The notes beneath the pieces are model-generated. The model was not told the origin of the DNA. It saw only the letters and a program-made list of their open reading frames with translations, and searched no databases. DNA of 64,000 nt from positions 16,616,110-16,680,109 of the forward strand of contig NC_134030.1 in the NCBI RefSeq assembly GCF_964204645.1, in the 5' to 3' direction. The translations under genes and the position numbers were made by a program. How positions within the stretch are numbered: the first letter of the stretch is position 1; every line of letters begins with the position of its first letter. Shown piece after piece: positions 23,815-37,295 of this stretch. This stretch comes from Tubulanus polymorphus. Taxonomy: Eukaryota > Animalia > Nemertea.

Positions 23815-25853
23815 GAATGGCTTTGACAATATGTTCCAATAAACAATCGAATATATTGAATTGAGATACTTTTAAATGGGCCTTTGTGATGTATAAAAAA
23901 ACCATAAACTTAGCTACGTTGGACAGGTATGCTTTTGCAGCTATAATAATCGACTATTATTATTTTATGGTCTTCATGTATTTACACATCTCATTCATGA
24001 TTTTTTTTATTATTGTGGTACAGGTACTGTAATTAACCTAGTCACTTGCAAATTAATAATTCTCAATTAATATCACTCTGCCTACAGGGACCGTTGTTTC
24101 TTTGACTGTACTAATGCACCTGATGAAGTAGCGAAAGGTCGTACATGTACTTCAAATAGATCTTAACCTTCAGTAGTACTGAAATGTATTTTGTCTTGGG
24201 ATTAGATAATTGGGATTAGAGACACCAGGTTAGGACGGCTCCTCCACAAGTCTTCACGAATATTGGGCATAAGATATGTCAACAGTGGTCTTAGTTGCAT
24301 CATGGACTCAATAGTTGCATCATCTGGTCAGTTAATATCATCCTCGCTTGCCAGGGGTCTGGTATCGCTCCCACCAGCCCCCTGGCTTTACGACGCACGA
24401 TTTCATTACTGGCGCTTTTGCGCATGACGTCATATATCAGACACGCGACAATACTTCCGCGTTCGCTACGTGTTCTCTGATTGGTCCTTTTTACCAGGAA
24501 ATTCCATAGAAGCCTAATGTCGTTTGTCACAAGTGCTATGATTGGCCCGACCTGATTCTTGTCAGCTAGTAAGGACTCCAAAGACTTGTGAGGTCAAGGG
24601 GTTCGGGAACGGCTTCAGCTAAATGGGTTCAAATCCCTTGACGGATGAAGATGGTTAATGTGGATACAATCTCGAACTGGTGGGATCGGCGGACAATTTT
24701 TTGTTATGCCAATATGTAGACTCATTACACAATGCAGTTATGAAACTGAACTTCCAATTCTAGAAAATCTTTGAAGAGTTGGGCATTACAGTATGTGAAT
24801 CTTGAGAAGTCAAGGCGGCTTCTCTGCCATCTTGGTTGAAAAAACCACAAGCTATGACTAAAATGTGAGTTTCTTCATGTAATCTGTTGCTACAAAATTG
24901 GTCAATGATTTGCGTTTAGAAAAACCAATATGGCCACCAGTACTGGCTTCACATAGAATAAAGGCAAGTTCATTTGTAATGATAAACTTCCCCATTGCAT
25001 TTTTCAAACTAATTGTTTATTCCATTCATCAGTGCATTTGAAAATCGGTTGCAATTGAGAGTTATCAGAATGAGAGGGCCTGGCTCCAAATCAAAGCATA
25101 TTTGCATCATTTGGATTTGAATAGACTTGGTCCAAAGTTGTTCTGAAATCCGACTCCTAGAGAAGAGAAAAGCGTTATTTTCCCTAAACAAAAAGAAAAA
25201 CTATGTTTAAATATTTTGAGAATGAATTATATTTTCATGAATCCTCAGCAGCAATTCAAACTTTAAACTAGGGTTCTGGAGCATGTACAAGTACATGCAC
25301 AAAGCAGTTAAACAAGAATTCTTATACAATCTAAAAATGCACTGCTATTAAAGACATAGATTGAGTAAACCAATATTTCAAGTAGAATATCATAAAAGCT
25401 AGTTCTAATTATCACTGTACAAATGTGGAGTGACGACATAAGTCAATCCAAGATATTTTGCTGTGACGTGCTAAAAGAAACTACGACAAACTTCTCATGA
25501 GTTCGTAAAGCAAACTGTGTCATTTTCCACAAGATAGTAAGTAAATCAGTTACCACAACATCATCAGCAAAATAAGATAATAAATATCTAGGACAAAACA
25601 ATTTTCACCAGATACATTTTTCGTTATTACAAAATTAATCTTCCCACCTATGTACCTTGTTGTTTTGTGGCTCCATGGTAGGGTTTCAGGTAAATTCAAG
25701 ATATAAAGTTTGATGAAAATAACTACATGTACATACAATTACAAGCAAATACAACCAATTCCTCAAATTGCACTTAGTTATTTCAAACCATCTTCAGTTA
25801 TTTCATCTGTGATATATAATATATATATATGTATAATACATGTACTTACATGT

Positions 25854-26017
<164 letters not shown>

Positions 26018-26107
26018 CTGATTACTTTTTAAAGAGCTAAGAGATCGTGTTGTCTTACATCATTACATGAAATGTTACACCCGGGGACTGGGAATCGGAA
26101 TGGATTA

Positions 26108-26150
26108 ACTGTAGACGTGGACTAAGTTTTAGTCCCAAGTGGGCTAAAAA
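26108..26150 (-). mobile_element. HINE family B-related 5' end fragment
   Basis: TAGTCCCAAGTGGGCTAAAAA is the reverse complement of the TTTTTAGCCCACTTGGGACT start seen at 13312 and 52555. Confidence 0.55.
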
Positions 26151-26247
26151 CTGACATCGTTATAATGAGGTTAACAGTTTTTCACTAAATTGTGAAACAA
26201 TTTCAAGTTTCTACATATATTTATCAATTACTGGTAACTCATTTCTT

Positions 26248-26571
26248 TTAAATGATGTACTGCAGCTTGGATTTTATTTGTTGTTTCTTTCGACACCTTT
26301 GGTGTGGATACTGTTGGAAGAACTTTTCAAAATCTCGACATTTAGGGTAAGAATTCTGACTTATCTCTTCCTTAAAAAATTCCATCAATTCATCTGTCTC
26401 CTTTACAGACCATTTCATCCTGTTTGCTGTTACTGTGTGGTCTAAAATATTGTCATCATCAACATCATTACTCTCATCAGTTTCATTACTGCATCCATTC
26501 CACTCCTCACCAGATGTATTCTCTTCCTCATCGACTGGAACTTTCGTTGTTTTCTTTGCTCGAAGAACCAT
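26248..26571 (-). pseudogene. Acidic tract plus SANT/Myb-like C-terminal domain, probably a transposon protein remnant
   Basis: KWSVKETDELMEFFKEEI...P...R...QIKSKLQ. Family not determined. Confidence 0.4.
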
Positions 26572-26588
26572 TTTATCTTAAGCGATAT

Positions 26589-26740
26589 TGTAAGGATTAA
26601 GAGAAGTGACAGTGAAATTATGCGCACTCACCGGGAATGAACCTTGGTCTCGTACGTAGAAAGCAAGAGTGCTAACCAGTAGACCAAAAGAACTAGTCCA
26701 CTAGGCCAGTGGTTATACAGCTTGTCCTATATGCGTAACA
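26589..26740 (-). mobile_element. 152-bp solo LTR containing a tRNA-like sequence
   Basis: TGTTAC...CTTACA termini, ATAT TSD, A-box at 26676-26686 and B-box at 26633-26643. Confidence 0.75.
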
Positions 26741-26813
26741 ATATCATTATAAAAAACTGAATAAGATGTAAGAGATGAATAGTGTAGCCCTATGATAGGT
26801 TATTACATATTAA

Positions 26814-27190
26814 CCCATTAGCACTCAGGAATTTCACTATGTAGCGTCTATTACTCCACAGAAAATTCAAGGGAATTATTGTTATTTTATAGTGAAGAGT
26901 CAATGCTTTCATATGATATAATGTTTGATGAGTTGGGCCTAAAAAATCGTGACCTTTTGCAAAACTCATCCACACTTGTTTGGATATAAGTGAGCGCTCA
27001 GATCTGTCATGTTCATACCCCAAATACTTGATAATTTCAAATAGGAAGATGTTGAATTCTGTTCAGAAATCTTAATTCTTAGGTGTCTAGTTTATCCCAA
27101 GCTATTGGGTCCCAATCCCATTATAACCATTTTTGTGTAGCAGACGAAAAAAAAGTAAGGGCGGATTCGGGCGGCTTGAGGAGTAATAGG
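26814..27190. mobile_element. piggyBac-like MITE (degenerate)
   Basis: TTAA|CCCATTAGCACTCAGG ... CTTGAGGAGTAATAGG|TTAA; the TIRs are imperfect. Confidence 0.45.
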
Positions 27191-28779
27191 TTAAGAATTG
27201 CATTTAAGATAGTTTAGAAAAATGGGGCATAAAAACTTAATCTATTGTTGCATTTAAGAAGACCGCAGGCATCTTCAGCTCCGATCTAATGATCAATACA
27301 AAATACAAAATAAGAGACATACAAAACTAAGGAATGTCCACATTTGGCAGAAAATTAATACCTTGTTCTTCATTTCTGCTGAGCCTAAAAACTGATCCGG
27401 CTGGCCCTGTACTTTTTTTTAAAATCATGATACAGCTCACAATAACTGACCCGGCACAAATTTTATTGCAGTTTACTTAAGTGGCTTGGCTCATTAGGGA
27501 AACAAGGTATCATTTTTTAGCCTTAGGATTGATTTAACGGACCTCTCGAATCTATAAAAATTCATTTAGATTTGTCAATTGATTTTAAACAGTTCACACA
27601 ATGAATTAAATATCTTGTTGAACAACTGTTTTGTGTTGGGTTTCATTTTCTTGCTAAGTATAACTCTCTGCTTTGTTTTTTTCTGTCTTTTGTTACCATG
27701 TGAACTATCTAGAAATCAGTAATTGTCATATGAAAATAACTTGCCGCTGGAAACGTGGTTTTACCCATCAGGAGTACAGAAAAGTATATGCATATTTACT
27801 AAGTCAGTATCCAGTCTGTACATGTGTATTAAGATTATCAATTGTCAGTGAATGGCAACAGCTGTCACTTCTCAATGTTCCCTCCCACCACAAAATATTG
27901 AGCTAGGGACACCATGCCCACTTAGTGAAATGCTGGACAACATGACAATTCCAATATCTAACGGACCCCTCCACCATACCCCCCACCCCGGTACACATTT
28001 ACAGACCTCAATGTACTAGGTACCAATACGTATGGAAATGCCATTATTTTGTAGTTCACCGCCCCTCGGTGAACATATGAATAAAGGCCCACGGTCCAGT
28101 ACCCTAGTGTAGTATCAACTGAGTAAGTTTTACTTTGGAGCATGAAAATCGATTTAGTTTTTATGATATACATGGTAATGGTTTTTCCCCATAAATCACT
28201 AGCACATGGTTGAACAACCAATACTATGTTCTATATTTATGCTCTTGATAATGACGTCACTGGGAAAGCTCTTCAGCATCCATTGAACTTGCATGCTGAA
28301 GGGCTTTCCCAGTAATGTCATTTTCAAAAAATAAGGTCAACCATTACTTCCAAACAACTTAGAGCTGATGGACGAAACTTTCCATATTACAACCAACACC
28401 TATTTCTTTTCTAATAAAATATCAGCTGTGTTATATCCAGTGGTAACAATTTGTGCCACCAAGAGCTAACAGAAAGTTACTCTCAGAACCATTAACATAA
28501 GGATCAAACCAGTTGATCAGAATAACCAATCATTATAGAATATGTCATAAGCTACAAAAATTTTTAAAAGCCAATTGACTGTTTATAAAATATGCAAAGG
28601 TACAAATATAAATGGAATATTGAATATGATTCAATTTTAATTCCCCCTAGCGGGGATAACAAAAGTCCGGAAAGCCCCAATTCCATGTGAAAAGATGTCT
28701 GCAATGATGATGCTGACAATGATCAAATATCAAGACTAAAAGTTAAAATCAGTGGAAATTTTCATCAAAGAAACCTTTT

Positions 28780-31700
28780 ACACACGATACACACGAGACT
28801 ATGACGATACACGTCATAGTCTGTTTGTTTATCATTTACCATGGGATTCATTGTCCCATTAGTCTCCATATCCCAAAATTTCATGACATCAGTTCGGTTG
28901 AAGATAACATTAAAGTTTGCGACGTTGCAACAGTGGGCGTGGATTCCTGATGGTCCACATAGAAGATATCCCAGTTTGGAATTCACGGTTATCTCTGACA
29001 ATGGCCCAGTAAAAGTCTGCTCCGATGAGCATATATATTTCGTACAATTCTCCTGAAACATGTGGGGCAAGATTTAGTTGTTTTGAGTATGGGTATCTGT
29101 TGACAGCTACTGGAACAAAGTTCTGCATTGGTGTGGAAATCTTAGGGAAACTAATGCTGACGTCTCCGTGTAGAGTTTCCAGCTTGATGTCTGCTATGTC
29201 AATCAGTCGAGTTCCTGTGGATTTCCCGCCAAATCCTGTAATGTTTATTCGCTCACGACAACACGTGTTCAGATGGATATTAATGCGGTTCGCGGTGCGA
29301 GTCGTTATGAATGACCTCTGGGCACCCTTGTCAAATAGAATGTTTACAGATGTTCATGTCTTATCACTTGAGATGATACCAACAGCTGTTTTCAGTAGAA
29401 CCGGTTTGTTACTAATCGGCCTGAACTTACTTTTTATTTCCACTTCCGGCAATCCTTCATTATGAGTTTCCACGATCTAAGCCTAGTTTTCAAACATAAT
29501 GCGGTATGGTGTTTATCCTTACAGCCACGACATGTGTATTCCGAATTACATTGTGTTGAGCGATGATTCGGTGAGAGACAGTTATAACAAAGTTTATTGC
29601 GCTTTACTATGTCCCCCATCGTTTCGTGTTGCTCTCCACAATTTCACATTTTATCGAAGTGTGCGGCCCTTTACAGAAAGCGCATCTCTGTGGTTGGTGA
29701 CTCTGTGGAGCACATAATTCTCATGTTCGATGATCACGTGGTTTCTGTTTATTTCTACTTCCCTGATGGAACGCTGATGTAGTCAATCTCGCAACCAAAG
29801 TCTACGCTTAGTTCGCCTGCTGCAATTCGAATGGCAATTTCCTGTTCGATTGCTAATTTATGTTCACTCAGCGACCAGGCGTTATCTCCGTGTCCTCTGG
29901 ATATTTTCGCGCGAATTTCTGTCAGTAGTTTGTCGAACTCCTTATGAGTCTTCTGTTTTGCCCAATGTCTTGAGGCCACGAACACAGGTTTCTATCGTGT
30001 CGTAGAACTGTTTGAGACTTGATAGATTATTCTCCAGTTTCTCCAGCTCCCATAATTTCCTCATTTACTCTGATATTATAACGAGAGAAATTCCATGATG
30101 AATTCAGCCAAAACGAGAAACCTGAATAGAAGAGTATATATATTTGCGCAACGTATCGGCTTAAGACTTTTTTAGCTTTCTTCAGGCATACTGAGAACAG
30201 GAGAATGTTACAAGGTATTCATACAAGACCAAAACAATAGAAACAGAGTGAGTGATTAAAATGTTGAAAGGGGAATAGATTAAAGTTATGACATAACAGC
30301 TGGAAAACAATAGTCAAGTAAGCAAAGGCAAACAAGGGGCAATTTAGATTAAAGTAATTTAAAAACAAAAGACACAAACTAAGTTGATTAAAACGTGAGG
30401 ACAAGCTAAGGGGTAATCAGATGAAAATAAAGAGAAAGAACATAAAAGGCGATAATCAGTGAGTAACTGGAAACAAGCAAGCAATATTCAAGGCACCCAA
30501 TAGAGAGAATTAATACAACGGGGGTACAAGAGAAGCGAGAAATTTGGAGATCAAAAAGTTGTGGGGGAGAAACCGTTATTCAAATTAACACAATTTCCCG
30601 AATTTTCGATAATCAGAGCTGATTCCATAATGTGCGGTTAAATTTTTGACGGACAGGGGAAAATTATGAAGGCATTTTCAAAATCAAAATTGTGGCTTGT
30701 TTCGTATACGAGATTGGCAACACCACTTTCAGGCTTGAAATTCTTAACATCATTCTTATGTTCACGGATGCGCTTGTGTAAATTGTACCCGGTTTCAACA
30801 ATATATCTTTCATTACAAACTTTACAGGGAATTTTATATACACCAGGGGTTCAGGGGTTCAATTTTGAGGGAAGTTATGATGAAGATTATTACTGAGTTT
30901 GTTGTTATTGTTATAAGTAAAAATGAGATGTTTGTTTAAGAGATGGAGGGGGTTATCGATTTTTCCAGAATCAAAAGGTACAATAGGCTATTTACCCGCG
31001 TGGGTCCCTTGAGAATGACAGAAATGTGAATGACTAGCTCGAGAGCTTTATTCAAAAAGTTGTCAAGAGAAGTCTTGGTATGGGTAAATTTATCATCCAA
31101 GAAAAGGGGGTCACAAATCCTTAACGCACGATGGAATAAGCCTTGGGCAACATTAAGTTTAGTGTTATGAACAGTGAAGGAGAAATAATGCAGGTATGAT
31201 CCAGAGTGGGTAGTTTTCCTATAAACTGAGAATTTTGAACAAGACGCAATTGTGAATTGAAACAAAGGGATTTTTTCATGAACTTCCAATTCAAAGAGTG
31301 AAGTTCAAGGAGGGATAAAAAGAGTTGATAAATGTGAGAAATAGATCAATATCAAAGTCAAAAAGTATAAGGGCAAGAATATCATCAACGTTTCATAACC
31401 AAAGTTAAGGGGGAGTAACCGTGTAATTCGGTTTCAAAGTGTTCAAGGGATAGATTCGCTAGAATGGAACTAAGCGGGTTCCCCATAGCCATGCCAAAAA
31501 CCTGTTCGAAATATGAATTGTTGAAACTAAAGGAGTTTTGAGTGCAAAATTCAATTTATTCGATAATACAATCAGTAGGAATATCAGAATTAAAATCCAA
31601 CAAAGGAAATTTACGTTTGAGAAAAGCCAGGGTAGGCCTAAGAGGAGCATTTGTAAAAAGAGAACTAGAATCAAACGAAATGAATCTGTCGTTACCAGGA

Positions 31701-32305
31701 ATAATGTGTTTTAACCGTTCTAATAAATCTTGGTTGTGTTGTAAATGCTAGGGGGAGAAAGAACCAAGAGCCGGGATTATTGTTAAGCCAAAAATTTGGA
31801 TAAATGATCAGAGGGGGAATTACAATTAGATACAAGGGGTGCAGCAGAACATTTTTCTTACGGATCAGCCATCTGATATTATCTTGTGTGGTTGACCATA
31901 GCGTTTCTTCATTAGATCTAGAGCCTCATAATTAGGGTTGGAAAGCGAGAGCCCTTCGATTGTTCCATCTGCCTCATCAGTCAGTGCAGTCTTTGAAAAT
32001 GTTCAACCGCTTTCTTGATCAATTTCGTTAACTGCCCTCTGTGGGCTGTTCTTGATGCCGTTAGCCTTCTTAGCGCTTCTGTGTCGTTTGTCACAGTAGC
32101 CATCCTGGTCAAGGCACCAATAATGTAGCGTAGACCCAAGGCCAAAAAGGCAAAATGAGAAAACGCGTGTGTTTCTTATTAACTATATGAAGTGACTGCT
32201 CTTTATTTCTCGCGAATGAAGTTGTTACAACTAACATCTGGCATGCATCTGTGAATAAGCTACGAGTAATCATACCGTGGGAAAGATAAGATAAATTTCA
32301 TGACA
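28780..32305 (-). mobile_element. BEL/Pao LTR retrotransposon 5' part (LTR, PBS, gag, protease), interrupted by a Penelope element
   Basis: LTR end at 32124, PBS TGGTGCCTTGACCAGGAT (tRNA-His type) at 32102-32119, gag start MATVTND...TAHRGQLTKL, knuckles CYNCLSPNHRSTQC and CRGCKDKHHTALC, protease ILFDKGAQRSFIT and LIGADFYW. The outer LTR boundary is uncertain. Confidence 0.88.
30090..31950 (-). mobile_element. Penelope-like element (RT + GIY-YIG), degenerate
   Basis: VSFDSSSLFTN, GMAMGNPLS, VDD, SVYRKTTHSGSYLHYFS, GVYKIPCKVCNERYIVETG..R..EH. A hammerhead remnant lies at about 30150-30187. Confidence 0.85.
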
Positions 32306-34694
32306 TGGTCCTCAATTGAGTCAGAATCCCGCATGTGGTTCAAACCATAATTGAAAACGATGGCGTTGCAATTGATGTGGAAACTCTGGAGAGAATCCAG
32401 GAGCTCAGCCATAATCTCACCAGATTACTCAGCAGAGTTTTCGGATACTTAAGCTTGCCTGAACATGGAAACAATATGCAAGAACAAGTTATGGCTTAGG
32501 TTTACTTGCTACCCTTGACTTAAGTTTCTGGAGCTTCCAACCCCACGGTGCTCCCACCAGCTTCTCTGACTAATGTCTTTAGCTCATCCCTTAATGTAGC
32601 AAACTGACGATCAGTAAGAGGGGTATTTTTCCTGTGCAGGTTTTTCTCAGTGGAAGGGATCAATTCAGACACCAAGGGGCAAGTTGGTGACTCCTACAGC
32701 GAGAATTTCTGAACAAGTTCCTTGGCCAGGGTCCTCTTCAGTTCTGCGTTAGGGTTAGGGTTAGGATTAAGGTTAGCTGCATTTTCTTATCCAGCCAGTC
32801 TAGATGTAAGACATCAGTTTCATACCTTATAACCACAGGATGGAATTGAACTGAAAAATTTTTTTTAAACATGTGGTTTGCTGTGTTTTTCAACAGCATT
32901 TAGCGAAGGGTGGATCCAATAACCATAGTCAAATAGATATCCGATACCAATAGACATTGGCACAGGGCTTTAGTATTTCTCAAAGGCAGTCATCAGTGAA
33001 TTCAGTGTTAATGCACTGTGTCTATTTAGGAAGGCCGAATATCGGGAAAAAACATTTGGTCCACGTCTTTGCACATATGACCAATCACTTAAAAAACTGA
33101 CTTCCAGTTATCAAAAATCTTGAGTTCGATAAGCATTTCACGGAATGTGAAAACAATGCCATTCATTTTTGTTTTCTCGGTCGTCCAGTTCCCAATAGAG
33201 AATTGTTGGTTGGTCATCATAGAAATATAAGCATCAAAATATTGATCGTTAAATTATGATCATGCTTGAATTCTGCATTGTCAAAGAACCCATAAGCCCT
33301 ATGCCCAAGGCACTGGATGAATGGGTTTTCGACCTTCCCATTGTAAATGTATCACATTGTAGTTACCTACCGTTGCAAAATGCCACAAATATGATTTTGA
33401 TTGATCCTTGTGGTCAACTATGACTGACTTAGACGGGTATCTTCTTGCCTCTTCCACGTGTACTAAGTACTTTTGGCATTCAGTGTTCAAGGACAGACAA
33501 ACATCCAACCTCGCTTTAAGACAGACATATTTGAACTTGCTTCTGTTTATAAAGATGTTTATTTCAGGCATCTTTCAATGCTTTCCGTAGCCCTATCTGA
33601 TGGCCCTTTGTCTGCTGTAGTCATTCTTCATGATCAGAACACACTTGGCACACTTTCCAAATCAGTTCGTCTGGAACAGGAAATGTCGAGATTATAACTT
33701 CAGCATCTAGGAGTTTATCAGTGTAATTGCCAACATATGGTTCCAGCAAAGCTATTGTCATCTTAGATTCAACCTTCAGGATACACGATGATATCGAAGC
33801 GATTGAAATCAAACAAACTGAAAATAGAAATTTATGTGATGTTCACTTTGTATCTTTATTTGTATACCCTTATATTAGTTTGCAGATCACTGAGATTCAA
33901 ATTTCTTGCGAATGTTGTAACGCCTGTTTTTTTCTTGGATCCCCAGAACCAGTAATTCCTATGAGGAATAGTAAATATACCCCATTTTTGCATGTTTCGA
34001 ATGTCAACAAAAGAAGTCCTTTCTCCCCTGAGCTTGGATGAATAAACATTTGCTTTGAAAATATTCTCGAGCTTTTCATCACAGCATACAACGAGTTCAA
34101 AGGGATCCAAGGTGATTGGGTCATGTTTTCCTGATGATTGCCCTCTTTTTTACATAAACACGAAAGTAACGTATCTCATAAGAAATAGGATCGGTCGTGA
34201 AATTGTTTCCTTGCATTGTTGATCGACATTGCAGAAAAAAATCATTTTCCTCCTTATCATGGTCACGTAAAAGATAGTGATGATTACCATTTTCTATAGG
34301 TGTTGTTTGTTATTTATACACTTTTCTGTGCCAGTCGAATCATTTTCACTTTACTGTTGAAAGTCTAATGCTTTAAAAGTAAAACAATTGGAAGTGGTTC
34401 GCATCAATCATGATTACAATATCCATCTACTATGGCTGTATTGTTGTCATAATCTTGGGCTCATTGTCCGCTTTCTAGTTAGGTCTAGTGAATATGATAG
34501 AAAATAGGCTAGAAAACAGCAATATTTATGACGCAGTGCACATCGTCTCACACAGAACACCTAATATAACGCAATACTAGGTATGGAAATACACTGAAAA
34601 GGACTGACAGATGGGCGAAGTGACTAGAAAATGAATACAAATGCCAATTAATGCTATGCCCCCACCAGTTGGCTCATATTAATTTTGCTCTATA

Positions 34695-35010
34695 GATTTT
34701 CTTTTTGTCCTTCGTCCTTTTTTTCACTGCACATTCCTCTTCTGCATGTTCAAACCATTCCTTAACTAGCTTCTCAATTTCATCATTGGGAACATTGGAG
34801 TGGATTTGTCCACAGTGCTTCTGTAATGATATGAATAGAGAAATTAAGCATCAACATCGAAAGAAACGTTTCCACCATCGATCTAGTTAATCAATCATTT
34901 CATGCTCACCATTTAATGCCCTCAGAGCTTTGAACCCAGAAAAACAATGCATCTGGTTCTGTCCACTCCAGTAAAATTTGGAGGTATTTGGGGTAAATTT
35001 GGCCCCAGTA
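34695..35010 (-). pseudogene. DUF4806/BEN-like transposon accessory domain remnant (two exons)
   Basis: FYWSGQNQMHCFSGFKAL then EIEKLVKEWFEHAEE. Motif resemblance only. Confidence 0.4.
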
Positions 35011-35555
35011 TAAAGGCTTAGAAAATTATAATGATGGAGTATTACTCCCTGAAAATTAGCATTGGTTGACGTCTGATGAGAAGTGATTAAAAGTTAAACT
35101 TAAAAGTAAACAAAATATAGTCTAAGAATGAAGTCTCCTGTAACAATTTGCAGTGATCCTGAAAATAACACAGACATCCTGTCGCCAGAACTAGAATAGC
35201 TAAAAAATTATGTAAAATTATGTTAGTCGTGTGTAGAATATAGAAGGACACAGTCCAACGTTGTAGGAAGTAAAATAAAATAGCGAAAATATCAGTAAAG
35301 AAACTTTCAAGTATATCATAATGGATCTTCAGATAGAACAATTTCCACAAGGTCTATGACGTCATGCCAGTGCTAGTTAAACGGATCAAAAATAGTAGTA
35401 CGACTCTTCTCATTTTCATAGTAACTTTAAATTGTCACTCTGTTCATGTAAAACATTAGAAATAGCTGAAAATAACTCAAAATAATGTTCCCCGCAACAA
35501 AGCTCCGCCCGATTTCTGATTTGATGGTCCAAAAAGTTATTCTATCACATATCCA

Positions 35556-35690
35556 CAGAGCTGCCAACCGTCCTGTTTTCGCCAGGACACGGCACTTGTC
35601 ACGGTGTCCCTGACAGTATTAAATTGTCCCAGTTTTTTTAAGAAAAAACCCAGAGATTCCTGTGTCCTGTGCCCGAGTGTCCCGTCTGAC
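35556..35690 (+). mobile_element. hAT-like MITE 5' end
   Basis: Starts CAGAGCTGCCAACCGTCC with TGTCCC subterminal motifs. No partner end found. Confidence 0.4.
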
Positions 35691-36849
35691 ATTCCGAATG
35701 CCTCATGATCCACTCCGGACCCTGACCCTTATACCGAATACCATTGAAATTGGTAGGTTTCAGTGCCGGGTGCGGTATCTCAATGAAGGCTAGTGATGCG
35801 TTGCGCAGCTTTCCCTTCATGACAGGGAGAGACTTGGACTTCCAGGTGATACAGCAGCACTTTGTGCCTCCTGGAGATTCATAGGGATATGTCTCCTAAA
35901 CTCAAGCCCGTGGTTCATACATTAAACACGGCAGCTGAACAATTCACCTCCCTTAGGGTAGTCCAGTAAACCGCTGACACATAGAGCCTGAAACACAGTA
36001 GCACAGGCGGTCCAGTCCGGATTACTCAAGACTCCAGTTTCTGCCGCTTCCCATTCAAGTCCTCCAGATCACCTCCAACTTCGCACATCAGGGATTTCAA
36101 CGACTTAATCACCTTGTCAAGTCTGAGCTGAGTAAGCCTGGGCAAGGACCTTGATAGGGCAGTCTTAATACCCATCACTGAACTTAACGGGTCCATCACA
36201 GCTTGGCTTTATTTAGGCACAATATGATTCTCCCATCCTTGAGGTAGAATAGTTTTCATTTAAAGTCATTGGATTGTTTGTGGTGGTAGCAAACACATAT
36301 GTAAGTTGAAAATTTCTTCTCCCACCGATGGTATATAATTCTTTTGTACAGGAGCTATACCGTCAGCATTTTAATGAGGTTCCATATTTACCATTATGAT
36401 GATCGACACCAGCCTAGAGGCTGCAATTGGTGATCAATTTTTTATGCTTTTTACACATGGTCTCTAATATCATTCGTATAGAAATTATCGTGGCCTCGAT
36501 ATTTCTAACGCATTTACCACAAACTTTGTTACTTCACATGGCGGTGAATTTCAGGCCAGGGGCATTCGAGGCTTTGCCTCATTCTAATTCAGGTTGAAGC
36601 GCATCTTCCATGTTTCTGACCATGTGAGGAACACAGCTTGTTTAGATCATTTGGAAATTTGGAAATTCACTGGTCCAGTACATTTTGGAATATTCAGCAC
36701 CCAGTTCCACAGTTTTGAATTAGAGTTAACTCTGAGTTAAAATTATTTCATTTTCAATGTTTTTACTCAGAATCAAATCTTAACTCACGACTGGGTCCTG
36801 TATATCATTTGACAGTGAAGAGAAGGCAACTTAGTATACTACCTTGCGT

Positions 36850-37150
36850 TACACCAATGGTTAGATCTTATTTTAAGATGTTCTGTTGATTTCTGCCACC
36901 TTTTTTCGTTCGTAGAATAATGCTGAGCCATTTAAGCGACCCATGATCTTTGATACCATTTCCTAATAGCTTTTTCAGTAATCACTGATGTAGTACCTTA
37001 TCAAATGCTTTTTCTAGATCTATAGAGACTAATTAACAATCCATTTTCCAGTGTCAAAAAACTATCTAATCCAATCATCCATGGTTTCAAGTAAGCCCAA
37101 TTGACTGTTTGTAGACCTTCCTTTTATAAAACCGTGTTGACCGTTGACCA
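36850..37150 (-). mobile_element. CR1-type LINE RT fragment
   Basis: QHGFIKGRST..QL...MDDW...DLEKAFDKVLH..LLKKL. Confidence 0.75.
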
Positions 37151-37260
37151 GGACTCTTAATTCCCTTCATTTTCATAGCATAGTGGGGCTGCGTCAGTAT
37201 ACATGCATTTTTAGTCGACAAATTATGTAGACAACATCAAGAATACGAACAAGTCTGTGC

Positions 37261-37295
37261 AGAAAACCTGTTATCGCTGCTTTGCAGCTATGTTT
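37261..37295 (+). mobile_element. HINE family A 3' end
   Basis: AGAAAACCTGTTATCGCTGCTTTGCAGCTAT matches 9683-9713 and about 18448-18480. Confidence 0.6.

Noticed and set aside
23597-23905. Repetitive ORFs (VPVYRMN, CSCIPDE, NIHPVYR) or a CRISPR-like array
   Set aside because: They are translations of a 21-bp minisatellite. There are no unique spacers and no cas genes.
26620-26700. Functional tRNA gene
   Set aside because: The acceptor and anticodon stems do not pair properly, and the sequence sits inside a TSD-bounded TG...CA element.
31110-31125. GTCACAAATCC-TTAA as the right TIR of Kolobok copy 1
   Set aside because: It lies inside Penelope coding sequence (ALRICDP), so it is most likely a chance match.
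32749-32776. Interstitial telomere (TTAGGG)n
   Set aside because: Only about 4.5 degenerate units. It also reads as NLNPNPNPN in a minus-strand frame, and there is no sign of a chromosome fusion.
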